A DNA stretch of 60,583 nt from Candidatus Anderseniibacteriota bacterium (GCA_040876835.1 JBBDOX010000014.1:1-60583), one strand, 5' to 3'; counted from the stretch's first letter, positions 27,956 to 38,412 are shown. Made by a program: numbers and translations. The notes: generated from the sequence alone by a model not told the origin.

Positions 27956-28747
27956 ATGGGACGTAAAACAAATCCAAAGATACTCCGAGTCGGCAATATT
28001 ACCCACAACTGGGACGCGCGTTGGTTTGCTGACAAGGCGGGAGATTTCCGGCAGAAACTACTGCAGGATCTTCGTATCCGCCGCTATCTCAGTAAAGAAA
28101 TGCGCCAGGCTTCTATCTCCCGTGTGGAAATAGCCCGTCAGCCTCGTGAGACTGTCCTAACGATTCACTCTTCCCGTCCGGCAGTTGTTATTGGTCGCGG
28201 AGGATCTGGTATTGAAAAGATTCAAAAAGACCTCAAGCAGATTCTAGGTCCTCAGATCAGAGTTCGAATTAATGTTCAGGAAATTTCCAATCCAGATACT
28301 GATGCTGCGGCCGTGGCCACCCAGGTTATTGATCAGATCGAACGCCGTATGCCATTTCGTCGTATTCTCAAGCAGACAATTCAACGCTCTATGCAAGCTG
28401 GTGCTAAGGGAGTTCGTATCGCTCTGGCTGGCCGCTTGAACGGTGCAGAAATTGCGCGCACAGAATGGCTTTCGGAAGGAAATGTGCCGCTGCATACATT
28501 CCGAGCTGATATTTCATATGCTAACAAGACTGCCTTTACCACCTACGGCACCATTGGTGTAAAGGTCTGGATTAACCGTGGGGAGCTATCGGACAGTGAA
28601 GAGACGCAGGAATCTAAGGTAGTTGAATCTCGGCAGGCGCGCAGACCAGCTGCTGCTCGTCGTCGCAACTCCTTGGCTGAAAAGGTGAACGCGGCTAAGC
28701 CGGCAGCAAATACGCGAACAAAGAACACTACTAAGAAAAGTAAGTAG
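27956..28747 (+). CDS. rpsC: 30S ribosomal protein uS3
   Basis: [13 protein letters not shown]; KH motif [10 protein letters not shown]. Confidence 0.95.
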   Translation: MGRKTNPKILRVGNITHNWDARWFADKAGDFRQKLLQDLRIRRYLSKEMRQASISRVEIARQPRETVLTIHSSRPAVVIGRGGSGIEKIQKDLKQILGPQIRVRINVQEISNPDTDAAAVATQVIDQIERRMPFRRILKQTIQRSMQAGAKGVRIALAGRLNGAEIARTEWLSEGNVPLHTFRADISYANKTAFTTYGTIGVKVWINRGELSDSEETQESKVVESRQARRPAAARRRNSLAEKVNAAKPAANTRTKNTTKKSK

Positions 28748-28752
28748 TCAGT

Positions 28753-29166
28753 ATGTTAATTCCACGCAAAGTTAAACATCGCAAACACCAGAAGGGGCGC
28801 GTCCACGGAGTCTCCAAAGGTGCTTTGACGGTTGATTTCGGCCAGTACGGTCTCAAAGCGATGGAGTCTCGTTGGGTAAGTGCTCGTCAGATTGAGGCAG
28901 CACGACGGGCGATGACACGCTATGCCAAGCGTAGCGGTAAGATTTGGATTCGAGTGTTTCCTGATAAGCCAATCACCAAGAAGGGTGCTGAGGTACCCAT
29001 GGGTAAAGGTAAGGGAGCAGTTGATCATTTCGTTGCTCCAGTGCATCGCGGACGCATTCTTTTCGAGATTGACGGAGTTGATGAAACGACCGCTCGTGAG
29101 GCTTTGCGGCTAGCGGCTCATAAAATGCCGATGAAGACAAGTTTTATAAAACGAGATCAGGCCTAA
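28753..29166 (+). CDS. rplP: 50S ribosomal protein uL16
   Basis: [16 protein letters not shown]. Confidence 0.95.
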   Translation: MLIPRKVKHRKHQKGRVHGVSKGALTVDFGQYGLKAMESRWVSARQIEAARRAMTRYAKRSGKIWIRVFPDKPITKKGAEVPMGKGKGAVDHFVAPVHRGRILFEIDGVDETTAREALRLAAHKMPMKTSFIKRDQA

Positions 29167-29167
29167 T

Positions 29168-29365
29168 ATGAAATACGAAGAAATAACTCAATTATCTCCC
29201 ACTGAACTTCAGGCTCGTCTGCATGAGAGTCAGTCTTTGTATTACGCCATGAAGGATGAGGTACTTTCGGGTAAAGAGGGGAATTACAAGAAACTTAGCG
29301 CCTTAAAGAAGGACATTGCTCGGCTTCAGACTGCTTTAAAGTCTCAACCGCAATCGGCAGAGTAA
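29168..29365 (+). CDS. rpmC: 50S ribosomal protein uL29
   Basis: 65 aa, located between rplP and rpsQ; helical ELQARLHESQSLYYAMK. Confidence 0.9.
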   Translation: MKYEEITQLSPTELQARLHESQSLYYAMKDEVLSGKEGNYKKLSALKKDIARLQTALKSQPQSAE

Positions 29366-29403
29366 TTTGCAAAAACTGCCAATCTTTAGCATAATCACCA
29401 CTT

Positions 29404-29694
29404 ATGACCGTAACAGACACAAATTCAGTAGCTAAGAAACGCCAGGTAGAAGGCGTGGTTGTGCGACGTTCTGGAGCCAAGACAATAAGTGTTCAGACAG
29501 CAACTACGATCCGGCACCCTCTTTATCGTAAGAGCATGAAGCGCACTAAGCGATACCTGGTTCATGACCCTAAAGAACAGGCAGCCGCCGGAGACACGGT
29601 TATTATCCGTGAAGCTCGCCCGCTATCAGCTCGCAAACGCTGGGTGCTGGTCTCTATTTCTCACAAGGCAAGCGTTGATACCAGCGAGGTATAA
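29404..29694 (+). CDS. rpsQ: 30S ribosomal protein uS17
   Basis: GVVVRRSGAKTISV...YLVHDPKEQAAAGDTVIIREARPLSARKRW. Confidence 0.93.
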   Translation: MTVTDTNSVAKKRQVEGVVVRRSGAKTISVQTATTIRHPLYRKSMKRTKRYLVHDPKEQAAAGDTVIIREARPLSARKRWVLVSISHKASVDTSEV

Positions 29695-29706
29695 AGAAGA
29701 CTGCAT

Positions 29707-30078
29707 ATGATTCACGAACGAAGCATGATAACGGTAGCGGATAACTCAGGAGCCAAACTCCTGCAGGTCATTCGTGTTCTCGGAAATACCGGCCGCCGCT
29801 ATGCATACATTGGCGATATTGTGGTTGCCAGCGTTAAAGTTGCTGAACCTCGCGGCACAGTCAAAAAGAGTGAAGTAGTGCGGGCAGTTGTTGTTCGAGC
29901 TCGTAAAGAGCAGAAGCGAGAAGACGGGTCAGCGATTCGCTTTGATGATAATGCGGCCGTAATTGTGAACAAGGAATCAAAAGAGCCGGTGGCGACCCGC
30001 GTGTTCGGACCCATTGCCCGGGAGGTACGTAATCGTGGTTTTCAAAAAATTGTATCTTTAGCTCCCGAAGTTTGGTAA
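29707..30078 (+). CDS. rplN: 50S ribosomal protein uL14
   Basis: [17 protein letters not shown]. Confidence 0.95.
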   Translation: MIHERSMITVADNSGAKLLQVIRVLGNTGRRYAYIGDIVVASVKVAEPRGTVKKSEVVRAVVVRARKEQKREDGSAIRFDDNAAVIVNKESKEPVATRVFGPIAREVRNRGFQKIVSLAPEVW

Positions 30079-30084
30079 CTCTAT

Positions 30085-30414
30085 ATGACGAACCTGATTC
30101 CAAAACTGAAGATCAAGCGAGGCGATACCGTGCGAGTGCTTACTGGCAAAGACCGAGGCAAGCAGGGTAAGGTATTGGCGACTTTGCCGATGCGAGAACG
30201 TGTGGTCATTGAGGGCATAAATATGGTGAAAAAGCACGTACGGGCACGTAAGGCTGGAGAAAAAGGTCAGCGCGTGAGTGTAGCTGCGCCTATCCATATT
30301 TCTAACGTACAGCTGATTGATCCACAGACTAAAAAAGGTACACGTATTGGGATTACACGCGAGAATAACAAACGACAGCGTGTAGCCCGTGCGTCGGGAG
30401 AGATAATCGACTAA
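30085..30414 (+). CDS. rplX: 50S ribosomal protein uL24
   Basis: KOW motif IKRGDTVRVLTGKDRGKQGKV. Confidence 0.93.
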   Translation: MTNLIPKLKIKRGDTVRVLTGKDRGKQGKVLATLPMRERVVIEGINMVKKHVRARKAGEKGQRVSVAAPIHISNVQLIDPQTKKGTRIGITRENNKRQRVARASGEIID

Positions 30415-30424
30415 CAGTACTGAT

Positions 30425-31012
30425 ATGAGCAGATTTGAAGACATATACAAGAAACTGATGAGTCAGATGAACATTGATAATGTTCATGCGGTGCCAGCTA
30501 TTACCAAAGTGGTAGTAAGTGTTGGTGTCGGAAAAAATCGTGATAACAAGCAATACATTGAAGCAGTTGAGCGCGATGTGGCTGCCATTACCGGACAGAA
30601 ACCACACCAGCGTTTGGCTCGTAAAGCGATTGCCGGATTTAATGTTCGGGAGGGAAACCTTGTTGGATATCGGGTAACGCTACGAGGAAAGCGCATGGAA
30701 GACTTTATTCAGCGTTTTGTAAATATCACGCTACCCCGTGTACGTGATTTTCGTGGACTGAAATCGTCCGGTATTGATAGGCAGGGGAACCTTAGTGTTG
30801 GCCTGCGGGAGCACCTAGCTTTCCCAGAAATTCATACTGAAAAGACCGATGTTATCTTCGGAGTCGAGGTAACCTTTGTAACTTCTGCGACTACTGAAGC
30901 TGAAGGCAGAGAACTCTTTGTTGCCCTCGGGTTCCCGTTCCAGGGAGAAGATGAGGCGGAAGAGCTGGATTTGATTGTACCGGGACGCAAAAAAGAACAG
31001 GCAAAAGCTTGA
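30425..31012 (+). CDS. rplE: 50S ribosomal protein uL5
   Basis: Operon position; GFNVREGNLVGYRVTLRGKRMEDF. Confidence 0.93.
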   Translation: MSRFEDIYKKLMSQMNIDNVHAVPAITKVVVSVGVGKNRDNKQYIEAVERDVAAITGQKPHQRLARKAIAGFNVREGNLVGYRVTLRGKRMEDFIQRFVNITLPRVRDFRGLKSSGIDRQGNLSVGLREHLAFPEIHTEKTDVIFGVEVTFVTSATTEAEGRELFVALGFPFQGEDEAEELDLIVPGRKKEQAKA

Positions 31013-31047
31013 TTATTCCCTGATTTAAAGTATTCTGTAACTTCATT

Positions 31048-31233
31048 ATGGCTAAGAAATCACAAATCGCTCGGGCAGCCAAGAAGCCGAAATTCTCCAC
31101 TCGGATTGTGCGGCGCTGCCAACTTTGCGGTCGTCCCCGGGGTTATCTACGCGATTTTGGATTATGTCGTATTTGTTTTAGAGAAAACGCCGAGGAAGGC
31201 AATATTCCCGGCATTCGTAAATCATCTTGGTAA
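31048..31233 (+). CDS. rpsZ: 30S ribosomal protein uS14, zinc-binding (type Z)
   Basis: 61 aa; [20 protein letters not shown]. Confidence 0.93.
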   Translation: MAKKSQIARAAKKPKFSTRIVRRCQLCGRPRGYLRDFGLCRICFRENAEEGNIPGIRKSSW

Positions 31234-31234
31234 T

Positions 31235-31618
31235 ATGGATACTGTAGCAAACATGTTAACGAGTTTAGTCAACGCGCAGCGAGCTGATAAGAAGCGCGTG
31301 GCTGTGCCATACTCTGCATTTAATCATCGCCTGCTGCAGATGCTGCAGGAAAAAGGCTTCATTGCCAGTGTGCGGGTTCAGGAAAGCCCTCGTTCAAAGC
31401 TGGTAGTAACGTTACTATACGATGATCGAACACCTAAGATTTCAGGCGTAAAGCGTTTAAGTTCGCCTGGACGACGCTGGTATGCGGCTCACAATGAGAT
31501 CCCGTACTCCTATCAAGGGTTTGGCATGATTGTGCTATCAACCTCGCAGGGGTTGGTAGATCAGGATCGGGCTCGTCGGGAAAAGATCGGCGGAGAGTTA
31601 GTTTGTGCTATCTGGTAA
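31235..31618 (+). CDS. rpsH: 30S ribosomal protein uS8
   Basis: MDTVANMLTSLVNAQRA. The track ORF from 31106 is an upstream read-through artefact. Confidence 0.93.
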   Translation: MDTVANMLTSLVNAQRADKKRVAVPYSAFNHRLLQMLQEKGFIASVRVQESPRSKLVVTLLYDDRTPKISGVKRLSSPGRRWYAAHNEIPYSYQGFGMIVLSTSQGLVDQDRARREKIGGELVCAIW

Positions 31619-31623
31619 TTCCT

Positions 31624-32169
31624 ATGTCACGTATTGGTAAACAACCTATTCCTATTCCCAGCGGTGTCACCGTAGAAGACCGTAGTGGTATTGTGCATGT
31701 CAAAGGACCTAAAGGTGAGATGCAGTATGCCTATCACCCTTCCATCGCCGTGACGATTGCTGACGGTGTTATGACATGTTCTATTGCTCGTCCCAGCAAG
31801 CAGTCTGGAGCGCTATGGGGTACAACTCGTGCTCGACTAGCCAACCTGGTGCAGGGTGTGAATGAAGGATTTAGCAAACAGCTCGAGTTACACGGCGTAG
31901 GATATCGCGCTGCGCTGCAGGGCCGTGACTTACAGCTTAGCGTTGGTTTCTCTCATCCAGTCATTATTAAGGCCCCGGAAGGAGTAACCTTTACCGTTGT
32001 GAAGGAAGTTATCACGATTGAGGGAGTAGACATTGAAACTATCGGACAGGTTACAGCTGATATTCGAAAGGTTCGGCCGCCCGAACCATATAAAGGTAAA
32101 GGAATTCGCTACGTGGGCGAAAAGGTTCGTCGTAAGGTCGGTAAGGTTGTTGGAGCTTCAGCAGGATAA
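31624..32169 (+). CDS. rplF: 50S ribosomal protein uL6
   Basis: [15 protein letters not shown]. Confidence 0.93.
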   Translation: MSRIGKQPIPIPSGVTVEDRSGIVHVKGPKGEMQYAYHPSIAVTIADGVMTCSIARPSKQSGALWGTTRARLANLVQGVNEGFSKQLELHGVGYRAALQGRDLQLSVGFSHPVIIKAPEGVTFTVVKEVITIEGVDIETIGQVTADIRKVRPPEPYKGKGIRYVGEKVRRKVGKVVGASAG

Positions 32170-32171
32170 TT

Positions 32172-32504
32172 ATGAATCACACTGAACGAAAAAATAGGCA
32201 TCGTAGAATCCGCGCTAAGGTACATGGCACGGCCGAAAAACCGCGCGCGTCTGTCTTTCGCGGCAATCGAGTTATTACGGTTCAGCTAGTTGATGATGTT
32301 GCCGGTAAAACGCTAGCGGCAGTTTCGGCTTCCGGAACTGGTAAAAGTAAAATGGACGCGGCTCAGGAGGTAGGCAAACAGATTGCGCAGCAAGCTAAAG
32401 AAAAAGGGATTACACATATTGTTTTTGATCGAGGCGGCTTTCGCTATCAGGGTCGCGTGAAAGCTATTGCATCTGCAATGCGCGAAGCAGGACTTGAATT
32501 TTAG
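32172..32504 (+). CDS. rplR: 50S ribosomal protein uL18
   Basis: [27 protein letters not shown]...[14 protein letters not shown]. Confidence 0.93.
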   Translation: MNHTERKNRHRRIRAKVHGTAEKPRASVFRGNRVITVQLVDDVAGKTLAAVSASGTGKSKMDAAQEVGKQIAQQAKEKGITHIVFDRGGFRYQGRVKAIASAMREAGLEF

Positions 32505-32513
32505 ATTACACCT

Positions 32514-33011
32514 ATGTCAGATACAGCCACACAGACCAAGCCAGGAGTACGCCGCCGTTTCAACCGGGGGGACTTAAAGAAATCGCAATTTGATCATGAG
32601 GTACTAGAAGTATCCCGCGTCGTGCGCGTGGTAAAAGGCGGACGCCGATTTAGATTCCGAGCCAGTGTAGTAGTGGGAGACCGGGCTGGAAAAGTCGGAT
32701 TTGGAACTGGAAAAAGCCGAGATGTGCAAACCGCTATCCAGAAAGCTCAGGCCCAGGCTGAAAAACGCATGGTAAAGATTCCCTTGACCGAAGGAACTAT
32801 TCTTCATGAGGTTATGGCTTCTTTTAAGGGAGCTAAGGTCCGATTGCGCCCCGCTCGTCCGGGAACCGGACTGATTGCCGGCTCTGTAGTTCGCACTGTG
32901 GCTGATTTGGCCGGTGTGAAAGATTTGGTGTCTAAGACCTACGGATCATCCAATCGTATTAATAATGTGTGGGCCACTATTAAAGCGTTTCAATCAATAA
33001 AGACTAAATAG
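32514..33011 (+). CDS. rpsE: 30S ribosomal protein uS5
   Basis: RVVRVVKGGRRFRFRASVVVGD...GTGLIAG. Confidence 0.93.
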   Translation: MSDTATQTKPGVRRRFNRGDLKKSQFDHEVLEVSRVVRVVKGGRRFRFRASVVVGDRAGKVGFGTGKSRDVQTAIQKAQAQAEKRMVKIPLTEGTILHEVMASFKGAKVRLRPARPGTGLIAGSVVRTVADLAGVKDLVSKTYGSSNRINNVWATIKAFQSIKTK

Positions 33012-33016
33012 TTGCT

Positions 33017-33466
33017 ATGCCGATTCAGCTACCGAAAATTGTACGAGGGAAAAAGCGCCTGGGCCGAGGTATCGGCAGCCGTGGGGCTAAATCCGGACAG
33101 GGTCAAAAGGGTCAAAAGTCTCGAGCTGGATACAGTTCAAAGGCTGGTTTTGAAGGTGGACAGACCCCACTGTACATGCGATTGCCAAAAGGACGTGGAA
33201 GCAAACAGAAGTTTCGCCCTCAAGGCACCAAGCCCATTGCTGTTTCGGTGAGTCACCTGAACGGTTTCAAGGAAGGAGCCATTGTTGGACCTGGGCAGCT
33301 ACGAAAGGCAGGGTTCCTTCAGGGAAGAATTCAGCAGGTGAAATTCATTGGAGCAGGGCCTGTTCATCATAAGGTAACAGTACGAACTCACGGTATTACG
33401 TCTGGAGCTAAAACCGCTATTGAAAAAGCCGGAGGAAAAGTGGAAATTATCAGTCAGGCCAAGTAA
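33017..33466 (+). CDS. rplO: 50S ribosomal protein uL15
   Basis: RGKKRLGRGIGSRGAKSGQGQKGQKSR; starts 5 nt after rpsE. Confidence 0.93.
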   Translation: MPIQLPKIVRGKKRLGRGIGSRGAKSGQGQKGQKSRAGYSSKAGFEGGQTPLYMRLPKGRGSKQKFRPQGTKPIAVSVSHLNGFKEGAIVGPGQLRKAGFLQGRIQQVKFIGAGPVHHKVTVRTHGITSGAKTAIEKAGGKVEIISQAK

Positions 33467-33511
33467 AGTTAGGAAAAGTACGTAAAGAACGTACTTCTTA
33501 TATCACGCTGT

Positions 33512-34816
33512 ATGATTAATTGGCGCAAAGCACTTCAGATATTTCGAGTTCCGGAGCTGCGAAAAAAGATTGTTATTGTTTTGGGACTGCTTATTGTCTT
33601 TCGCGTGGCGGCAGTTATTCCAGTACCTGGAGTGCCAACCGAAAGCCTTAAGGCCCTCTTTTCCGGCAATCAACTGTTTGGACTACTGGATATCTTTTCC
33701 GGCGGCGGTCTTTCCAATCTTTCAATCATGATGCTGGGGGTGGGGCCATATATTACTGCCTCTATCGTCATGCAGCTTATGACTATGATCGTGCCTCGTC
33801 TGGAAGAGATGCAAAAGGAAGAGGGAGAGGCTGGGCGACAGAAGATTAATCAATGGACGCGTCTGCTGACTGTTCCGCTGGCTGCTCTTCAAGGGTTTGC
33901 ATTCTTGAATTTATTGCAGCGGGGAGGAGCTCAGGGAGCAAGTGCCGGGCTGGGGGTAACGTTTACTCCCTGGGAGCTGGTAGTGACGCTGATTGCCGTG
34001 ACAGCGGGGACGCTATTTGTAATGTGGCTGGGAGAGCTTATAACCGAGCAGGGTATCGGCAATGGAATCTCGCTCATTATCTTTGTTGGTATTATCTCGC
34101 AGTTGCCACAGGCGACGGCGCAAATTATTGCCACCTGGACCCCTGATCAATTCTTTACCTATGGAATGTTTTTGGTCGTAGCAATCATTGTTATTGCCGG
34201 AGTGGTGCTGGTATCGGAAGGTCAGCGTGCTATTCCGATTAGTTATGCCAGACAGGTACGCGGTAATCGTACGGCTGGCGGGGTACAGACACATTTGCCG
34301 CTGCGTGTTAATCAGGCCGGGGTTATCCCTATCATTTTTGCTCTGTCGGTCATGCTGTTCCCTGGAGTAATAGCAAACTTCTTTCTAGCAGCTCCGAACG
34401 CAACCGTGGCTAATGCTGCCAGTTTCGTGGTGGGCTTGTTCCAGGATCAGCGTTTTTATGGCTTGGCATATTTTGTTCTGGTAGTGGCCTTCACCTTTTT
34501 CTATACTCAACTTACGTTTGACCCCAAGCAGATTGCGGAAAATGTTCAAAAGCAAGGTGGATTCATTCCCGGTATTCGCCCTGGGAAGCAAACCGAAAAT
34601 TACCTGCGATATGTTTTGAATCGCATTACTTTAACTGGAGCCCTTTTCTTGGGCGGTATTGCCGTACTGCCTCTGATCGTTCAGGCCCTGACTAATGTTT
34701 CAACTCTGACAATTGGCGGAACGGCTTTGCTGATTGTTGTCTCGGTGGTTCTGGAAACCATGAAGCAGATTGAGTCCCAACTGACGATGCGCGAGTATGA
34801 AGGCTTTCTAGGGTAA
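33512..34816 (+). CDS. secY: Preprotein translocase subunit SecY
   Basis: 10-TM pattern; GVGPYITASIVMQL, GELITEQGIGNGISLII. Confidence 0.95.
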   Translation: MINWRKALQIFRVPELRKKIVIVLGLLIVFRVAAVIPVPGVPTESLKALFSGNQLFGLLDIFSGGGLSNLSIMMLGVGPYITASIVMQLMTMIVPRLEEMQKEEGEAGRQKINQWTRLLTVPLAALQGFAFLNLLQRGGAQGASAGLGVTFTPWELVVTLIAVTAGTLFVMWLGELITEQGIGNGISLIIFVGIISQLPQATAQIIATWTPDQFFTYGMFLVVAIIVIAGVVLVSEGQRAIPISYARQVRGNRTAGGVQTHLPLRVNQAGVIPIIFALSVMLFPGVIANFFLAAPNATVANAASFVVGLFQDQRFYGLAYFVLVVAFTFFYTQLTFDPKQIAENVQKQGGFIPGIRPGKQTENYLRYVLNRITLTGALFLGGIAVLPLIVQALTNVSTLTIGGTALLIVVSVVLETMKQIESQLTMREYEGFLG

Positions 34817-34820
34817 ATAT

Positions 34821-35492
34821 ATGCCAGAGTTACCAAAGGTACTTTACGTTATGGGCCCGCCAGGAGCAGGTAAAGGGACGCAGGCTGAGCTGCTGGCCCA
34901 TGAACTGGAGTATCATCGTTTCAGCACGGGGGACGCTTTCCGGGCGATGGCCCGACAGGATACACCACTCGGACACAGAGTTAACGAGATTATCCACGGG
35001 CAGGGTAAACTGATGCCGCCGGAGGATGCGGCAGAAGTGGTAAAAACAGCTGTCAAAATACATATGGAGGCAGGTAATGGTCTCATTTTTGATGGCTCTC
35101 CTCGCACGATCGAAGAAGCAAAAATGATTGATGACTTTTTTGTCGAACAGGGATACGGCAACCCGCTAGCCATTTATCTCCACGTGGACCGGGATGAAAT
35201 GATTCGACGTAACAGTCAGCGTCGTTTTTGTTTAGACGTAGACAATGACTTTCCAGTTGTAACTGAGCAAGACGTTCAGCGATGTGTTGGCATGGGTGGT
35301 CGGGTGGGGGTTCGGGCTGACGATGAACCCGAAAAGTTTGCTACCCGCTGGGACGAGTTTCAAAAACATACTTACCCGGTTATCAAACGGTATTTAGCTG
35401 AAGGCATTGCCCATCAGCTGAACGGTATGCAGCCTATCCAGGACGTGCATAAAGATGTAATGGAGCTGATCAAACAGCTCAAGCAACAATGA
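34821..35492 (+). CDS. adk: Adenylate kinase
   Basis: GPPGAGKGTQ P-loop; operon position. Confidence 0.9.
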   Translation: MPELPKVLYVMGPPGAGKGTQAELLAHELEYHRFSTGDAFRAMARQDTPLGHRVNEIIHGQGKLMPPEDAAEVVKTAVKIHMEAGNGLIFDGSPRTIEEAKMIDDFFVEQGYGNPLAIYLHVDRDEMIRRNSQRRFCLDVDNDFPVVTEQDVQRCVGMGGRVGVRADDEPEKFATRWDEFQKHTYPVIKRYLAEGIAHQLNGMQPIQDVHKDVMELIKQLKQQ

Positions 35493-36256
35493 TTCGGTTA
35501 AAAACCAAAGAGGAAATTGCAATGTTGCATGAGGGGGGCAAGATTTTAGCGCATATTTTGGATGAACTCGAAGCGACAGTGAAACCGGGGGCAACGGGAA
35601 ATGAATTAGAGGCAATTGCCCAGAAGCTTGTTAGTCAATACAGCGTTACAGCTGCTTTTTACGGCTATCGCGGTAAGGGTCATCCACCATATCCGGCGGC
35701 TACATGTATTTCAGTTAATGAAGCAGTGGTGCATGGTGTCCCAACGGAGAAGCCATTTGAGGAAGGCGACCTGGTCGGGATTGATATGGGTATAGTCTAT
35801 CACGGGCTGTATTTAGATAGCGCGCGGACGGTTGCGGCGGGTAAGTTATCTGCGGAAGCTCAACAGTTATTAGATATAACCAAAGAATCTTTACAGCGCG
35901 GAATTGCAGCGGCCCAGGTGGGTAATACGACCGGACATATTGGAGAGGCAATTCAGACATACATTGAAAGTCAGGGCAGTCAGTATGGTATCGTGACACA
36001 ACTGGTGGGACACGGCGTGGGCTATGACGTTCATGAAGATCCCCAGGTACCGAATTACGGTACTGCTGGTGAGGGACCAAAACTCAAAGAAGGGTTAGTC
36101 ATTGCAATTGAACCAATGGTAACTATTGGAGATCCAACCGTGGAAACTGCCGCTGATGAATGGACGATTGTTACACAGACCGGGGGCCTAGCTGCACATC
36201 AGGAGCACACCGTGGCAGTAACTGCCGATGGGCCTCTCATATTAACCAGCTCTTGA
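35489..36256 (+). CDS. map: Type I methionine aminopeptidase
   Basis: VVHGVP, DLVGIDMG, HGVGYDVHE; ATGA overlap with adk. Confidence 0.92.
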   Translation: MIRLKTKEEIAMLHEGGKILAHILDELEATVKPGATGNELEAIAQKLVSQYSVTAAFYGYRGKGHPPYPAATCISVNEAVVHGVPTEKPFEEGDLVGIDMGIVYHGLYLDSARTVAAGKLSAEAQQLLDITKESLQRGIAAAQVGNTTGHIGEAIQTYIESQGSQYGIVTQLVGHGVGYDVHEDPQVPNYGTAGEGPKLKEGLVIAIEPMVTIGDPTVETAADEWTIVTQTGGLAAHQEHTVAVTADGPLILTSS

Positions 36257-36290
36257 AGAGTATAAAGCTTCCTTCCATTTAACGAACGCT

Positions 36291-36689
36291 ATGTATTTAT
36301 CGCTTGACTATGGAAACCGGTATATCGGGATTGCAGCTACGGATTCTGACGGCCGGATTCCGTACCGGTACGGGGTGATCGATCAGAAAAACCAGGACCC
36401 ATTTAATGTATTGGCGGAAATTATTGCTAAAGAGCATGTAACCCACATATTGGTCGGGGTACCCATAAGTCTGGACGGGAATGAAACAGAACAGACACAT
36501 AAGACCCTGGAATTTATTGAAAAATTGAGGGCGGTTGTTGATCCCGATATAGACATTGAAGGGGTAGATGAAACCCTTACCTCAATTGAGGCCCAGCAGG
36601 TGCTTAGGCACGAAGGGGGAGACCCTAAGCAAGAGCACTCGGAAGCAGCTCGGCTGATACTTTCTGATTACTTGAAAACAGTTGCGTAA
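36291..36689 (+). CDS. ruvX: YqgF/RuvX putative pre-16S rRNA nuclease
   Basis: YLSLDYGNRYIGIA...HILVGVPISLDGNETEQ. Confidence 0.8.
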   Translation: MYLSLDYGNRYIGIAATDSDGRIPYRYGVIDQKNQDPFNVLAEIIAKEHVTHILVGVPISLDGNETEQTHKTLEFIEKLRAVVDPDIDIEGVDETLTSIEAQQVLRHEGGDPKQEHSEAARLILSDYLKTVA

Positions 36690-36708
36690 TACCGCACGCT
36701 ATCTTGCT

Positions 36709-37416
36709 ATGCAGACAGAAAACACCCCCCGCCATATCGCGATCATCCCTGACGGAAACCGTCGCTGGGCAAAAGAAAAGGGCTTGTCTACGTACGAAGG
36801 GCATCAGCAGGGAATTGAGACATTCCGTTCGGTTTTAAATCGGGCGGCTGACCGCGGCGTCCAGTTTGTATCAATGTGGGGGATGTCGATTGATAATTTC
36901 AAGAAACGGGATCCCAGAGAAATAGCCGGGTTGTTAAAACTTTTTCATACCAAGTTTACGGAACTGCAGACTGATAAGGATATTCATGATCGGAAGATAA
37001 AGATTCAGGTATTAGGACGGTGGAAGGAAATATTTCCGAAACCTGTTCGCAGTGCTATCGAGGGCGCTATTGCCGCTACCGCTAACTATGATTCATATAC
37101 CTGCACCTTTTTATTGGCGTACAACGGAACAGACGAAATGGTTCAGGCAGTCCAGCAGATTGTTAACGAGGAAGGACCAGATACAGAAGTCACACCTAAG
37201 ATGATTAAAGAGCGTTTGCTCACCAGGGATTTGCCTTCAGTTGATCTGTTAATTCGGACAGGCGGGGAGCCACATAACAGCGCGGGGTTCATGATGTGGG
37301 ACGTAGCTGATGCTCAGCTTTTCTTTACAGAAACTCTATGGCCAGCGTTTTCACCAGAAGATTTGGACAATGCAGTGGAAGAATACGCGGGGCGGGAGCG
37401 GAGACGAGGGAAATAG
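36709..37416 (+). CDS. uppS: Undecaprenyl-diphosphate synthase (cis-prenyltransferase)
   Basis: PRHIAIIPDGNRRWA, IRTGGEPHNSAGFMMW. The ORF opens at 36682. Confidence 0.9.
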   Translation: MQTENTPRHIAIIPDGNRRWAKEKGLSTYEGHQQGIETFRSVLNRAADRGVQFVSMWGMSIDNFKKRDPREIAGLLKLFHTKFTELQTDKDIHDRKIKIQVLGRWKEIFPKPVRSAIEGAIAATANYDSYTCTFLLAYNGTDEMVQAVQQIVNEEGPDTEVTPKMIKERLLTRDLPSVDLLIRTGGEPHNSAGFMMWDVADAQLFFTETLWPAFSPEDLDNAVEEYAGRERRRGK

Positions 37417-37419
37417 CGT

Positions 37420-38412
37420 GTGAGAAAACTCCTCCTCATAGGCGGCACTGGTATTATCGGTAAAGCTGCGATTCGGGAGGCTTATGCCCGCGGTGGCTAT
37501 GAAGTAACCACTATTAGTCTGGAGTATGAAGAGTCTTATCCCGACACTGTAGTGCAAGTTATTGCTGACAGGCGAGACAGGGGTGGGTTTCAAAAGGCAA
37601 TGGTGAGTCTTCTCAATCAAGAGTGGGACATTGTATTTGATATATTCAGTTTTGATGGTTTAGATGCCGAGCAAACGTATACATTATTTGGCAAAATAGC
37701 CAAGCATATAGTGACTATTAGCACCGCGCTTGTATACGATCGCTCGAAACCAACTAGCCAGCTAATCACAGAAGAACACTCTCTATCCCCGAGAGGTACA
37801 TTGGGTGGCTATGTTGATCACAAGTTAGAATTGGAACATTTCTGGTTGCAAGCTGGAGATGTTAATTGGACGATACTGCGTCCATATCACATCATAGGTG
37901 CCAATACGTTAATAGGATGTCTCCCGCTTCATAATCGAGATCCAAATATTGTTAAAAGGGTTAAAGAGGGAGGCGTACTGGAGCTGTGTAATAGCGGCAA
38001 TGTCGATCTCACATTTATAAATCCAAGAGATATCGCTAAGGCCTTTTTCGCAGTGGCTGGGAATCCCACTACATACGGTAAGGCTTATAATTTGGTACAT
38101 CCAGAAATCATAAGCGCTAAGAATTACTATGAGTTACTGGGAGAGCTTCTTGGTAAAGAGGTGGTAATAAAACCAAAACCAATTAAAGAAATTTGGGATG
38201 AAGGGTTAGGTTGGGAGCTTACAACACTTCCACACCGCTATTCTGCAGAAGCTTTGAAGAATGACACTGGTTATGTTGCTAGCGTCTCGTTGCGTGAATC
38301 TTTGACCGAGGCGCTTGTTGATTATCCGCCAATAGAAGGAGAGCTAGAAGAAATCCCAATACATCAGAGAATGAATATTCTTCCGAAGCCAAAGCTTGTA
38401 AATTTAATTTAG
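37420..38412 (+). CDS. NAD-dependent epimerase/dehydratase (extended SDR) family protein
   Basis: LLIGGTGIIGKAA Rossmann motif; GTG start. Confidence 0.7.
   Translation: MRKLLLIGGTGIIGKAAIREAYARGGYEVTTISLEYEESYPDTVVQVIADRRDRGGFQKAMVSLLNQEWDIVFDIFSFDGLDAEQTYTLFGKIAKHIVTISTALVYDRSKPTSQLITEEHSLSPRGTLGGYVDHKLELEHFWLQAGDVNWTILRPYHIIGANTLIGCLPLHNRDPNIVKRVKEGGVLELCNSGNVDLTFINPRDIAKAFFAVAGNPTTYGKAYNLVHPEIISAKNYYELLGELLGKEVVIKPKPIKEIWDEGLGWELTTLPHRYSAEALKNDTGYVASVSLRESLTEALVDYPPIEGELEEIPIHQRMNILPKPKLVNLI

Noticed and set aside
31106-31234. N-terminal extension of the uS8 ORF overlapping rpsZ; also ORF 33012-33251 overlapping rplO
   Set aside because: These are out-of-frame read-through upstream of the conserved start sites (ATG 31235 for rpsH). 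The overlapping frame is the real rpsZ or rplO.
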